DNA from: Anthoceros angustus | Taxonomy: Eukaryota; Plantae; Anthocerotophyta | Assembly (NCBI GenBank): GCA_010909165.1 | Contig: VJWM01000259.1 | Location: 125,851-189,850, forward strand | DNA length: 64,000 nt | Reading direction: 5' to 3' | In this document: in pieces, positions 13,841-27,310 of the stretch | Numbering within the stretch: the stretch's first letter is position 1 | Layout of the letters: each line of letters starts with the position of its first letter | The notes under the pieces: model-generated | What the model was told of the DNA's origin: nothing | The model's input: only the letters and a program-made list of their open reading frames with translations | Database searches by the model: none | Made by a program: the position numbers and the translations under genes

Positions 13841-14339
13841 GGAGGATATGTTTATCTTGGAGTGAGAGACGCACGGAAACAGATGGCTATACCTCAGAGA
13901 AGACACATTTGGGGAGGAGGATGAGAAAGAGAAGTTCCGCTTGCCCACATTTCTTGGTCGGATGAAGAGCGGGACTATCGAGAGACATTCCCACTCCATC
14001 ACCGTGGGTTGTTATGATGCTTGATCGACTGGTGTGGAAGGTACTACTGTAGTGGAAGGTGGAGCAGCAGTTGTGGAAGGTGGTGGGACTGGGTGGTGCT
14101 CCCGGCGAAGCGTTGTTCGCGGCAGAGATGGAGGGGAAGCGGCCCGCGTAATCGGAAGACGGCAAGTGATGGTGGTAGCAAGAAATGAGAAGGGAGATCC
14201 GGATACACCAGCCTACTTATTCGTAAATATTTGAGTTCCCGGAAAGATCCCCTGACCTTTCAAGGCAACAACATGCCTCTGCATTATTCGAGTCCATTTG
14301 TCCGCCAGAGACCTTATAAGGAGGGACCGACGGAAGAGA

Positions 14340-14530
14340 AAGGTTGTGGGTGGTACCTCGTGACTTGGACCTACCATATGACAATGATATATGCACTTTC
14401 TGCAAGCTTCACCTTCGATGGATGGGGCCATATAAAGTCCTTGAAGTTTTCGCAAATGGCTCCATCTGGCTCCAATTAGATGACCTACCAACAGGTCAGC
14501 GGTTGGAGAGTCAAGAAATATTACACATGA
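14340..14530 (+). pseudogene. pol: Integrase C-terminal (GPY/F) remnant
   Basis: KLHLRWMGPYKVLEVFANGSIWL. Confidence 0.8.
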
Positions 14531-14552
14531 GTTGGCGAGGGCGCCAACAAAT

Positions 14553-14562
14553 GAGAAGGGAG
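14553..14562 (+). promoter_or_regulatory. Polypurine tract
   Basis: GAGAAGGGAG lies 2 nt before the 3' LTR. Confidence 0.7.
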
Positions 14563-14564
14563 TA

Positions 14565-16472
14565 TGTAAACGATCCGTATTGGAAACTCCTGTTGGATTG
14601 TGTCTTTGAGTGATTTTTGTTTTTTTAAGTTTGGTGTCAAGAAGAGCTAGGTTATGAGTAGGAAGGGATATTTATAGTAGAAAGTGTCCTTGGCCTATGA
14701 GTTTTGGGTTGTTTGTGGGTTAAATAATAATCGGTCCTTGGACTATGAACTCGATACTCCTTGGCCTTTGGTCTTGGAATATTTAATAAAAGGCCTATAT
14801 ATGGGGGGTCCCCATATTTGGCAGTGTAGGCTAGAGGTCGAACCAACCGGTAGTTGAACGGTGTGTGTGGGGTGTCACGGGGACTATGTTTGAAGGTTGG
14901 CCGCGGTGGGTCGTGGAAGGAAGGAGTCGGAAGAAGAAGTGGTAGCGCCGGTTGGCGTGAGTTTTGGGAAATATAACCCTAAGGGAACTCGGAAGGCACG
15001 GCCGGTGGTAGCTCAGACGATCCACAGCGGGCACGAGCACGAGCATAAAGGCAGGCCACAGTGGCGGGAGCTCGCGATTCTGGAAGGAAGAAACCACAGA
15101 TTGACCAAGTTGGAGATTCGGCGAGTTATCAGCAATTGAGGCGTAGGCGTGAGGGTTTTGCAGAGCATGGCGCCCAAGGTTGCGGAAATTTCGGCCCAAT
15201 GGCCAAATATGGACCATTGGAGGTCCGAGGTGGAGGATTGGTGAGGGAGCTGGGACTTGGGATCATGGAAAACAAAGGGAGAGTTTATGGGAGGATTTTC
15301 CGGATCGACGAGGAAGGAGGACCCATAAATTCAGCAGCAAAGGACGAAGGGCCAGCGACCAAATCGGAGTGCGGAGATAACATGGGCGGGAGTAGTGGCA
15401 TCCTAGGAATAGAACTTTGGATAGGATGCCATCTTGGACCTAAGGCCGTCCAAAATTGTAGGCGCCTCTTGGCGTTTGCTTTTAGGACTGGAAAGTCGGT
15501 GGCTATGGCCAAACAATTGTATAAAGGGGCTTGGTTGTGCCCCTCACGAGATAACTCTGGTTGAGATCCCCACGCTGCCTGTGGCTGGTTGGAGACGTCC
15601 GATTGAGGAGGTGGTGTGCGAGGCGCTCCTAGGGGTGGTCGAGCTTGCTCACGGGGGGGAGGAGGGGTGATAGAGCAATCTTTCGACAAAGGAGGAGGAA
15701 ACCAAGGGATTGGCGGCGGGTCGGAGCTTGCTGTGGCCTCCCTGGGGTTCTTCTTTCCTTCACCCTTGTTCCTTAGTTGTGTTCAAATTGAGAGAGAAGT
15801 GTTGAGTGGATGGTTGGAAGCCGCGGGTGAGGAGAGAGAGAGAGAGAGAAGATTGGGTGAAGGAGTGACTAAACAACATCACGCTGATCACGAGGTGTAA
15901 GAGGAGTTGAGAAGGGAACTAATTGAGAGACTAACGGTGGAGATTTGTGTGGATCCAAAAGAATCCAAACCGGTCTTTGGTGGAAGTGTGCAAGGAAACA
16001 GCGTTCCTTGTAAATTGTGTGAGTGTGGCGCCTTGTGTGTGTGTGTGAAGCGGTGAGGATTTGTGGAACTTTGGTCCCTAGGAATCGGTGTGTGTGTGAA
16101 GTGAGTGAATGCCGATAAAGTTACCGCAGTGATGGGGCCCGTGCGAGATCCATGGCGCGTCTTGTGAAATAAGTCGCTAGGGTTTGGTGTGGACCCACCT
16201 CGGTGGTCGAGCAACTACCGGTGAGAATAAGATCGTGGAATAAGATTTGTCGTGGAATAAGATTGTGGTAGCTAGAGTCGAGGTAGTAGTGGTTGAGTAG
16301 ATAGGTAAGAGGAGTAATAGCAAGTAAGTCGACTTAGGTGAAGGTCGATGGCGATAGAAGTTAGCGTCTCTTGGCACAAACCATTCCCTTGGGAGCGAAT
16401 CCTAAGCCTACAACGACATTGAGGGTGAATGTGGACCTCACGGTGTCCCCGGACACGAATCCACACTCCACA
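14565..16472 (+). repeat. 3' LTR (1.9 kb)
   Basis: TGTAAACGATCC...CACTCCACA, followed by the TGGCT duplication. Confidence 0.92.
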
Positions 16473-16477
16473 TGGCT

Positions 16478-16981
16478 CAACCGCCACCGCTCACGAATTC
16501 TTGGACCCTAATGCTAAGCGTGATCCGATAATCCCTATTGGATCTACCCCTCACATTGTTGAAATCCAACAAGAGGTGGATGAAACTTACCTAGCCGAGG
16601 GCATCACACTTGGAAAGTGGGTGCACTTTCTTAGCATGCAAATTTACATTGAGGATCCCATCCTTAGAACTTATAAAACCTATAAGTTGGACAAACAACG
16701 GGCTCTCCCATTCAAACATGCGCAATACATCCATTTGGACTCTAACATACCAATTCGCCAAGCATACAATGTGATTGTATCCCAAGTGTTCCCCATACTC
16801 TATGTATCTAGTGAGGCCTCACTAGCTTACATAGAACTCGTGGAATTTATTAAAGCCTTCGTCAATAATGGCTTTAGGAAACTTGTACAAACTTGGAAAT
16901 ATTGTAAAAAAATGCTTAATGCTTGGAACCTTCCCCGGTCTTAAGTTCCCACTTGAGGATCTTGTTAGCATGTTCACCTAA
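16478..16981 (+). pseudogene. Penelope-like ORF copy 1, 3' part (RT motif E, thumb region)
   Basis: AHEFLDPNAKRDP..VHFLSMQIYIED..YKLDKQRALPF..HLDSNIPIRQAYNVIVSQVFPILY, colinear with copies 2 and 3. Confidence 0.85.
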
Positions 16982-17213
16982 TACCCCCACATATAACTTC
17001 TCTCTATGGGATGTTTAGATAGATTTATGTATATGATGCTTCATGCATCATGTTTTTTCTGTCATTTTATTACAATTATATTTCCTTTTTGGCAGTGGTA
17101 TACAATATCCTTGGATCAAGGGCATTTGTATACCTCATTTGCCCCGATCCAAAAAGGAATATATTTGTAAATTCAACCACGGAGAGTGGAGGGTATCTAT
17201 CTATCTATCTATC

Positions 17214-20200
17214 CATCTATCCAAGAGAGAGTTATGTTCCCTATGAGATCCATGAATTTGCCCTTTGTGTGCCCATAGATTGGTGCTTCTAAATGATGTT
17301 TATCCATCCCAAACATCCCATCGATGAACTAGTAAATCTATTCCTTCAATGTTTACGTAATACTAATTTGTGAAGGAATTTTTATTGATTTTATTTGTTA
17401 TTTACCCTTTATTATTTTCTTACTAATATGGTTGTTTTCCTTGATTTTTGAGATAAATTTTAATTCAAGAAAGTCTAATATGTATGCAGGTTTTATTTGT
17501 CTTTTTGGATAATAAATTTGGAAGCGTGATGTTTACAAGTATCTTTCATATGTTTTGTTTTTGACCTTAGAGAGGTGTCTAACTCATAAAAATGCACCAT
17601 TAGACTCTTGATAACTATGGAGTGAATAGAATATGAATATGCTTGCCTTTTCCAACTGGCTATCACCTTTTATTGGTAGAAGGACATAGTGCCTTACCCA
17701 CTTGGGCATATTAACACCTCATATGGGCCATGTGTGCATTTATGACCTCGGACCTTGTTTCACTTTTAATATATACTACTAGGCTATAAATGAGGGATTT
17801 GATCTATGTGCATGTTTGTTAAAGATGGGTTGATTCCTTGTGGGTTATCATTGGTAGGAATGGCTGCCCAATATGATTATATAACTTGTGAGCCGGTGGT
17901 TGGATAGAATTTGCTACCCAATGAAATCCCTTCCTCCAAACTTTGGTTGGGGTTCCTCCTTCCTCTCCTATGCTTAGCCTCTACCTTTGATGATTGTCAT
18001 TCTCTCTATTGCTCCCGCCTCTATTTGCGTGATCACCTTACTTAGTACCTTGGTCTCTTTGTCGCGTTGCCTCCCCAAGCTAGCCATGGCTACCAAGGTT
18101 GAACCTTTTCTCCTCTCTTTACTTCACTATGCAACCTTAGAATTAGTGGATGTGCAATGGATCCCGCCTCACCAAGGATCCAAACGGGCCGATGATCCCT
18201 TTTGGTGGTCAAGAAGGGAAGGGGAGGGGTGTTGACCAACACCATCTCTGCATCCAAGAAGCTAGACCTTGATTTGGTCATCTGGTCTAGTCTTCTAAAC
18301 CTCAAGTTGGTTTTTTTTCGGTATGATCTAGAAGCAGCTGGATAGATGACACGATGACTGCTAGGGTTTGTGTCTTACTGCTTCAAAATATCTGGTTTGA
18401 TCAACACAAGATACTTCGTGCTCCGGCAGGCTGACGTGGCTATAAATGTGTTGTTGTTCGTGCTGCATTGTTTGTCTGGATGCCTCGTATTGGATGCATG
18501 TACTGGAATCGTCATCCGTTGGGATACTGACTCAAGGTCCTGCTTAGGTGAAGCATCTGACTGCATCTTGCGTAGCTCGATCGCACGTGAGAGGCGTGTC
18601 GATGTTTGATACATGTAGCAAGGAATGACGGTGGCCGTGGGAGGACAACGTCGCAGTTGAATGATGAGAAAATAGGTGGTATCTTGTTGTTTGGCTTCAC
18701 CGACGATCTGCGAGCACAAGATTGCATGTGAATGGCTTCAAGATAGCATGCGATAGATATTGTGCTACCGGATGCTCGCTAAGCTTACGGGGATGTCGAT
18801 CTAGTTTTGCATATCGCGTTGCTACGGTTGGATGTACGCTGATATCGTAAGATTGCATCGAATATTGGGAGTCCGCGAGGACAAGGGCCTCTTTGGACGC
18901 GCTTTTGATCGAAGACGTTGGACGATCGCTGGTTTTGCTCCCTCGCCATCGCTCATGGATTGCTTGCTAGGAATGATTATCTCGGTTGAGGGTTCCACTG
19001 GCTCGCCGTGCTTGGAGCCATACAAAGTGGCGCTTGCAAGTGGTGCTGCAGGCGACCTGTTGGTTTTGCTTCCACGATGGTTGTTTGCTGTTGACTGCTG
19101 GAAATTGATATCGTGCGGTGAATAGCACGACGTCACCGTGGGTCGGATGCGGTGGTGGATCCAGACGGGGTTGTACGTCGATCTAAAACGTGAACGGGAT
19201 GACCATACGGCTACCAGTAATTTGCTTGGTGACCCGTCTCACGAGAGGTGTGTCACGCCCAGTGAGGATCGACTATGGGCAAGGAAAAAAAGGGGCTGTG
19301 GGGGTGGGGGCGATTGATTAGTCTGGCCTCTTTGGACGCGATTTTGACCGGACGGGTTGGAGGATTGCTGGTTTTTCGCTCCCGCCATCGCTCATGGATT
19401 GCTTGGGAATGATGACCATATGGTTTGATGGTTCTGCGTGGCTGCCGATGCTTGGAGCCATACAAGTGGCGCGCAAGCGGTGACGACCCGATGGTTTTGC
19501 TACCACGGTGGATGTTCCTTTGACTGGCTTGGTGTCCTGTGGTGATTAGCACGATGTCGCTACGGTGCGGATCGGATGGGCGGATGGGTGGATCCAGACG
19601 GGGTTGTCGATCTAAAACTTGATCGGATGGCCATGCGCCAATCCTTTGTCACAACCGGATCGGTGATGCGGCGGTGCCGACCCGCACGTGGGCTTGTGAT
19701 GGGTGATCGGTAGCGTGCGGCAGAGAAAACGATCGGCAATAAACGCACGCCGTTTGCTTACTGCGAATGCATGAGGATGTAGTGATTGAGATTGGTGTAA
19801 CTTGAAGAGAAAATGATACGGTGGTAGCGCTGCAAGGAAGTGTGTGATGGCCGAGACCGGTGAGCGACTGGAGAGAAAAAGATGCGAGGTGCACGTCTAT
19901 TGGTGACAATGATACCGTGGGTATGTGATGATGGAGCTAGCGACGGTGGGACTTGTTTGATTCAAGGATGTGTATGAAATTGTGAAGGTGAGACTAGTGA
20001 GCGACTGGAGAAAACGATCCTCATCAAGTGGATGCACGCTTGCTTGCTTCGCAAGCATCTGAGTAGGTATGTAATGGTTGAGACTCATGAGCGCCCGGAG
20101 AAAACGATGTAGGCTGGATGCACGTTGTATACTTGCTGCAAGGATGCATGTGGGTGTTTGATGATTGAGACTGATGAACGGCCTAGAGAAAACAATGCAA

Positions 20201-22232
20201 GCAATGATGCACACTGTCTGCTTGCTGCAAGGATGCATGTGGGTTTGTGATATTGAGACTGGTCAGCAGTTTGGAGAGAAAACGAGACAGGCAATGGATG
20301 CACACTACTCCCTTGCTACAAGGATGCTTGCGGTTAAGGCTTTTTGATAACTTACCAGGGTGACATACCAACCATGGGCCACATATGGTGAACTGGTCTG
20401 TTCTGCTACTTTGATAACCACGACAAAATTAAAGGTGACATGCATGATTTTTCTTTCTCATGAACAGCTGATGTTCCTATTTGCCTGTTGATCCTGGTTG
20501 CTAGCATGCTGAAAAATGGAGGAGTGCTTATAGACATCTTGGTTCACTTCCTATCGATTCGATGTAAACTACCTCCGACGGGGTTGTACGTCGATCTAAA
20601 AGCGTGAGCAGGATGACCATGCGGCTACCGATTTGCTTGGTGACCCGTCTCACGAGAGGTGTGTCACGCCCACCGTGAGGATCGACTATGGGCAAGGAAA
20701 AAAAGGGGTGGGGCCTGGTGATTATTGTCACTTGGCCTCTTTGGACGCTTGATTTTGACCGGACGGGTTGGAGGATTCTGGTTTTGCTCCCGCCGCCATC
20801 GCTCATGGATTGCTTCGGGAATGATGACCATATGGTTTGATGGTTCTGCGTGGCTGCCGATGCTTGGAGCCATACAAGTGGCGCGCAAGCGGTGACGACC
20901 CGATGGTTTTGCTACCACGGTGGATGTTCACTGCTGATTGGTGTCTGTGGTGATTAGCACGATGTCGCTACGGTGCGGATCTTGGATGGGCGGGATGGGT
21001 GGATCCAGGGCCAGGGTTGTCGATCTAAAACTTGACCGGGATGGCCATGCGGTGCCAACTTTTTGTCACAACCAGGGATCCGGTGATGCGGCGGTGTCTT
21101 CTCGCACGCGGGCTTGTGATGGCGTGCGGCACGAGAGAAAACGATCGGCAATAAACGCACGCCGTTTGCTTACTGCGAGAATGCATGAGGATCTGTAGTG
21201 ATTGAGATTGGTGTAACTTGAAGAGAAAATGAATCACAGTGGCTATCTGCTGCAAGGAAGTGTGTGATGGTCGAGGCCGGTGAGCGACTGGAGAGAAAAA
21301 GATCTGAGAGGTGCACCGTCTATTGGTGACAATGATACCGTGGGTATGTGATGATGGAGGCTAGCGGCCGATGTGGATGCACTTGCTTTGATTCGCAAGG
21401 ATGTGTATGAAATTGTGACGGCCGACTAGAGCGACCGAAAAACGATCCTCATCAAGTGGATGCACGCTTGCTTGCTTTGCAAGCATGTAGGTATGTAATG
21501 GTTGAGACTCATGAGCGGCCCGGAGAAAAAAAGCGATGTGAAATGGATGCACGTTGTATACTTGCCGCAAGGATGCATGTGGGTGTTTGATGATTGAGGC
21601 TGATGAACGGCTAGAGAAAATAATGCAAGCAATGATGCACATGCGCTTTGCAAGGATGCATGTGGGTTTGTGATATTGAGACCGGTGATTGAGAGAAAAG
21701 CAGACAGGCTATAGATAAACACTACTCCTTGCTACAAGGATGCCTAAAGGTTTTGATAACTTACCAGGTGACATACCAACCATGGACCACATATGGTGAA
21801 GCTCTGCTCGCTACTTGGCAACCACGAAATTAATGGTGACATGCATGATTTTTCTCTCATGAACAGATGTTCCTATTTGCACATGATCCACTAGCATCTT
21901 TGAAAAATGGAAGAGTGCTTATAGACATCTTGGTTCACTTCCTATCGATTCGATGTAGTCGCTCTTAACTACTTACCAAGCGGGGGAAATTGCGGACACA
22001 TTGCATGCCTTTACACAATCATCCGTGTGCACGCTACAAATGTGATATACTCATACCAATGGAGGGGGCGGATCGGATCTCACACATGGGGTTGCTTACG
22101 AATTAGGAGACCTATGGTCGAACTTGGAAAATCCTTCCACAGGATTCGGATTTTAAAATATATCTCTAAACAGCAGCTTTGCTTGAAATGACCGCTAGGT
22201 CAGCATGCATTTATGCGATGTAGTCTAGGAAA
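17214..22232 (+). repeat. Pseudo-LTR block R1 (5.0 kb, with an internal duplication)
   Basis: Starts CCATCTATCCAAGAGAGAG after (TCTA)n; ends GTAGTCTAGGAAA. Confidence 0.85.
17785..17790 (+). promoter_or_regulatory. TATA-like motif in the AT-rich part of each R block
   Basis: GGCTATAAATGAGG occurs here and near 22814, 31966, 37315 and 45474; function untested. Confidence 0.3.
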
Positions 22233-22241
22233 TCTATCTAT

Positions 22242-25200
22242 CCATCTATCCAAGAGAGAGTTATGTTCCTATGAGATCCATGAATTTGCCCTTTGTGTGC
22301 CCATAGATTGGTGCTTCTAAATGATGTTTATCCATCCCAAACATCCCATCGATGAACTAAGTAAATCTATTCCTTCAATGTTTACGTAATACTAATTTGT
22401 GAAGGAATTTTTATTGATTTTATTTATTATTTACCCTTTATTATTTTCTTACTAATATGGTTGTTTTCCTTGATTTTTGAGATAAATTTTAATTCAAGAA
22501 AGTCTAATATGTATGCAGGTTTTATTTGTCTTTTGGATAATAAACTTGGAAGCGTGATGTTTACAAGTATCTTTCATATGTTTTGTTTTTGACCTTAGAG
22601 AGGTGTCTAACCCATAAAAATGCACCATTAGACTCTTGATAACTATGGAGTGAATAGAATATGAATATGCTTGCCTTTTTCCAACTGGCTATCACCTTTT
22701 ATTGGTAGAAGGACATAGTGCCTTACCCACTTGGGCATATTAACACCTCATATGGGCCATGTGTACATTTATGACCTCGGACCTTGTCTCACTTTTAATA
22801 TATACTACTAGGCTATAAATGAGGGATCTGACCTATGTGCATGTTTGTTAAAGATGGGTTGATTCCTTGTGGGTTATCATTGGTAGGAATGGCTGCCCAA
22901 TAGGATTATATAACTTGTGAGCCGTGGTTGGATAGAATTTGCTACCCAATGAAATCCCTTCCCTCAAACTTTGGTTGGGGTTCCTCCCTTCCTCTCCTAT
23001 GCTTAGCCTCTACCTTTGATGATTGTCATTCTCTCTATTGCTCCCCGCCTCTATTTGCGTGATCACCTTACTTAGTACCTTGGTCTCTTTGTCGCGTTGC
23101 CTCCCCAAGCTAGCCATGGCTACCAAGGTTGAACCTTTTCTCCTCTCTTCTACTTCACTATGCAACCTTAGAATTAGTGGATGTGCAATGGATCCCGTCT
23201 CACCAAGGATCCGAAACGGGGATGATCCCTTTTGGTGGTGAAGAAGGAAGGGGAGGTGTTGACCAACACCATCTTTGCATCCAAGAAGCTAGACCTTGAT
23301 TTGGTCATGGTCTAGTCTTCTAAACCTCAAGTTGTTTTTCGGTATGATCTAGAAGCGTGGATAGATGACTCAATGATTGCTAGGGTTTGTGTCTTACGGA
23401 TTCAAAATACAGTTTGATCAACACAAGATACTTCGTGCTCCGGCGGTGGCGTGGCTATGAATGTCGTTGTTCGTGCTGCAATTTTTATCGGATGCCTCGT
23501 ATTGGATGCATGTCTGGAATCGTCATCCTTTGGGATCGACTCAAGGTCCTCTTGAAGCATCGCATCTTGCGTAGGTTTTGCCTGTGAGGCGATATTGATG
23601 TTTGATACATGTAGCAAGGAATGACGGTGGCGTGGGAGGACAACGACGCAGTTGAATGACAAAATAGGTGGTATCTTGTTGTTTGGCTTCAACGATCGAG
23701 CACAAGATTGCATGTGAATGGCTTCAAGATAGCATGCGATAGATATTGTGCTACCGGATGCTCGCTAAGCTTCATGGGATGTCGATCTAGTTTTGCATAT
23801 CGCGTTGCTACCACGGTTGGATGTACCGCTGTGATCGTAAGATTGCACCGAATATTGGGAGTCCGAGGACAAGGGCCTCTTTGGACGCGCTTTTGATCGG
23901 ACGGGTTGGGATTGCTGGTTTCTTCCTCGCCATCGCTCATGGATTGCTTGCTAGGAATCATTATCTCGGTTGAGGGTTCCTGGCTCCGTGCTTGGAGCCA
24001 TACAAGTGGCGCGTGCAAGTGGTGCGCAGCGACTGGTTTTGCTTCCACGATGGGTTCTTTGTTAGCTGGAAATTGATGTCGTCGGTGCATAGCACGTCTT
24101 TACCGTGGGTGCTGGATATGCGTGTGGATCGGACGGGTTGGGATTGCTGGTTTCTTGCTCCTGCGCCATCGCTCATGGATTGCTTGCTAGGAATCATTAT
24201 CTCGGTTGAGGGTTCCACTGTGCTGCCGTGCTTGGAGCCATACAAGTGGCGCGTGCAAGTGGTGCGCAGCGACTGGTTTTGCTTCCACGATGGGCTTTCT
24301 TTGATTGCTGGAAATTGATGTCGTCGGTGCATAGCACGACGTCTGCCTGGTGGGTGCTGGATATGCGTGGATCGAGGCGGGGTTGTCGTCGATCTAAACG
24401 TGAACGGATGACCATGCGGCTACGATGAATTTGCTTGTGACCCGTCTCACGGAGAGGTGTGTCTGACGCCTCGGTGAGGATCGACTATGGGCAAGAAAAA
24501 AGGGGCAGGGGGGCGATTTTGTCTGCGCCTCTTTTGACGCGATTTTGACCGGACGGGTTGGAGGATTGCTGGTTTTTCTGCGCCGCCGCTCATGGATTGC
24601 TTCGAATGATGACCATATGGTTTGAGTTCTGGCGCCAGCTTGGAGCCATACAAGTGGCGCGCAAGCGGTGAGACGACGATGGTTTTGCTACCACGGTGGA
24701 TGTTCACGCTGAGCAGGGAATTGGTGTCTGTGGTGATTAGCACGATGTCCGGTGCGGATCTTTGGATGGGCGGGATGGGTGGATCCAGACGGGTTGTCGA
24801 TCTAAAACTTGACCGGGATGGCCATGCGGGCCAATCCTTTTGTCTGGCCGATCGGTGATGCGGTCTTGACCCCGCACGTGGGCTTGTGATGTGGTGCGTC
24901 GGCTGGAGAGCGATCGGCAATGCGCCGCGCTTTGCTTACTGCGAGAATGCATGAGGATGTGTAGTGATTGAGATTGGTGCAACCATGAGAAAATGATACG
25001 TGGTATCTGCGCAAGGAAGTGTGTGATGGGCGGGAGTGGTGACTTGGAGAGAAAAGATGCGGTGAGGGTGCCGCTTGGTGACCCGTCTCACGGAGAGGTG
25101 TGTCTGACGCCCACCGGTGAGGATCGACTATGGGCAAGAAAGGGTGGGGCGGGGGCGATTGTCTGCCGGCCTCTTTGGACGCGACACCGGACGGGTTGGA

Positions 25201-27310
25201 GGATTCTTGGTTTTTCGCCCCTACGCCATCGCTCATGGATTGCTTGGGAATGATGACCATATGGTTTGATTCGTGCATGCGGCTCGCCGTGCTTGGAGCC
25301 ATACAAGTGGCGCGCAAGCGGTGAGACGACCCGATGGTTTTGCTACCACGGTGGATGTTCACCGTGATCACTGGGAATTGGTGTCTGTGGTGATTAGCAC
25401 GATGTCGCTGCCATGGATGGATGCGGATGGATGGGTGGATCAGGTAGTCGATCTAAACGTGAACGGATGACCATGCACGGCCAATCCTTTTGTCACAAAT
25501 TGGGATCCGTGTGATGTGGTCTTGACCCCGCACGTGGGCTTGTGATGGGCGGGATGGGTGGATCCAGACGGGTTGGAGAGAAAACGATCGGCAATAAACG
25601 ACGCCGCTTTGCTTACGAGAATGCATGAGGATGTGTAGTGATTGAGATTGGTGCAACTTGATGAGAAAATGATACGTGGTATCTGCGCAAGGAAGTGTGT
25701 GATGGGCGGGAGTGGTGACTTGGAGAGAAAAGATGCGGTGAGGGTGCCGCTTGGTGACCCGTCTCACGGAGAGGTGTGTCTGACGCCCACCGGTGAGGAT
25801 CGACTATGGGCAAGAAAGGGTGGGGCGGGGGCGATTGTCTGCCGGCCTCTTTTGACGCGATTTTGACCGGACGGGTTGGAGGATTCTTGGTTTTTCGCCC
25901 CTACGCCATCGCTCATGGATTGCTTGGGAATGATGACCATATGGTTTGATTCGTGCATGCGGCTCGCCGTGCTTGGAGCCATACAAGTGGCGCCCGCAAC
26001 GGTGAGACGACCCGATGGTTTTGCTACCACGGTGGATGTTCACCGTGATCACTGGGAATTGGTGTCTGTGGTGATTAGCACGATGTCGCTGCCATGGATG
26101 GATGCGGATGGATGGGTGGATCAGGTAGTCGATCTAAACGTGAACGGATGACCATGCACGGCCAATCCTTTTGTCACAAATTGGGATCCGTGTGATGTGG
26201 TCTTGACCCCGCACGTGGGCTTGTGATGGGCGGGATGGGTGGATCCAGACGGGTTGGAGAGAAAAACGATCGGCAATAAACGACGCCGCTTTGCTTACGA
26301 GAATGCATGAGGATGTGTAGTGATTGAGATTGGTGCAACTTGATGAGAAAATGATCATGGTGGTCAAGTAAGTGTGTGATGGTGAGACCGGTGAGCGACT
26401 TGGAGAGAAAAGATGCGTGGAGTGCCGCTCTATTGGTGACAATGATACATGGGTGTGTGATGATGGAGACGATGCGGCTGGGCCGCTTGTTTGCCGCAAG
26501 GATGTGTATGAAATTAAGCTGAGACTAGTGAGCGAAAAACGATCCTCATCAAGTGGATGCCTTGTTTGCTTCAAGCTGGGTAGGTATGTAATGGTTGAGA
26601 CTCATGAGCGGCGGAGAAAAACGATGTAGGTGTGGATGCACGTTGTATACTTGCAAGGATGCATGTGGGTGTTTGATGATTGAGACGATGAACGGCCTAG
26701 AAAACAATGCAAGCAATGATGCACACTACTCCCTTGCTACAAGGATGCATGTGGGTTTGTGATATTGAGATCGGCTTGGAGAAAGCAGACAGCTATAGAT
26801 GCACACTACTCCCTTGCTACAAGGATGCTTGCGGTAAAGGTTTTGATAACTTACGGTGACATACCAACCATGGACCACAAATGGTGAAAGTGCTCGCTAC
26901 TTTGACAACCACGAAATTAATGGTGACATGCATGATTTTCTCTCTCATGAGCTGATGTTCCTATTTGCCTGTTGATCACAGTTGCTAGCATGCTGAAAAA
27001 TGGAAGAGTGCTTATAGACATCTTGGTTCACTTCTTGATTCGATGTAGGCTCTAACTACTTACCAAGGGGAATTGCCGGACACATTGCATGCCTTTACAC
27101 AATCATCCGTGTACGCTACAAATGTGATATACTCATACCAATGGAGGTGGGCATCTGGATCTCACACATGGGGTTGCTTAGAATTAGGAGACCTATGGTG
27201 AACTTGGAAAATCCTTCCATGGGATTCGGATTTTAAAATATATCTCTAAACAGCTTTGCTTGAAATGACTGGCTGTCAGCAAATACATTTATGCGATGTA
27301 GTCTAGGAAA
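22242..27310 (+). repeat. Pseudo-LTR block R2 (5.07 kb)
   Basis: Same termini as R1; joined to R1 through a short TCTA run. Confidence 0.85.

Larger units (their letters stand above)
5820..16472 (+). mobile_element. Ty3/gypsy-type LTR retrotransposon, non-autonomous (no RT, RNase H or integrase core), inserted in the Penelope-like RT
   Basis: TG..CA termini, TGGCT duplicated at 5815-5819 and 16473-16477, paired LTRs, gag/CCHC/protease/integrase C-terminus remnants. Confidence 0.92.

Noticed and set aside
18361-18369. Plant telomere unit TAGGGTTT in each R block, suggesting telomere-targeted retroelements
   Set aside because: Only a single unit with no array; junctions are at TCTA, not telomeric repeats.
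20171-20192. Hammerhead-like CTGATGA..GAAA (also ~36081 and ~47791)
   Set aside because: The spacer ACGGCCTAGA lacks the G-C closing pair of stem II, no stems I/III are evident, and the motif is absent from several R copies.
22180-22215. In-frame TGA upstream of the ORF ATG as possible selenocysteine readthrough (as in some Naiads)
   Set aside because: TGA-to-ATG spacing varies between copies so the frame is undetermined; no SECIS was identified; land plants lack the Sec machinery.
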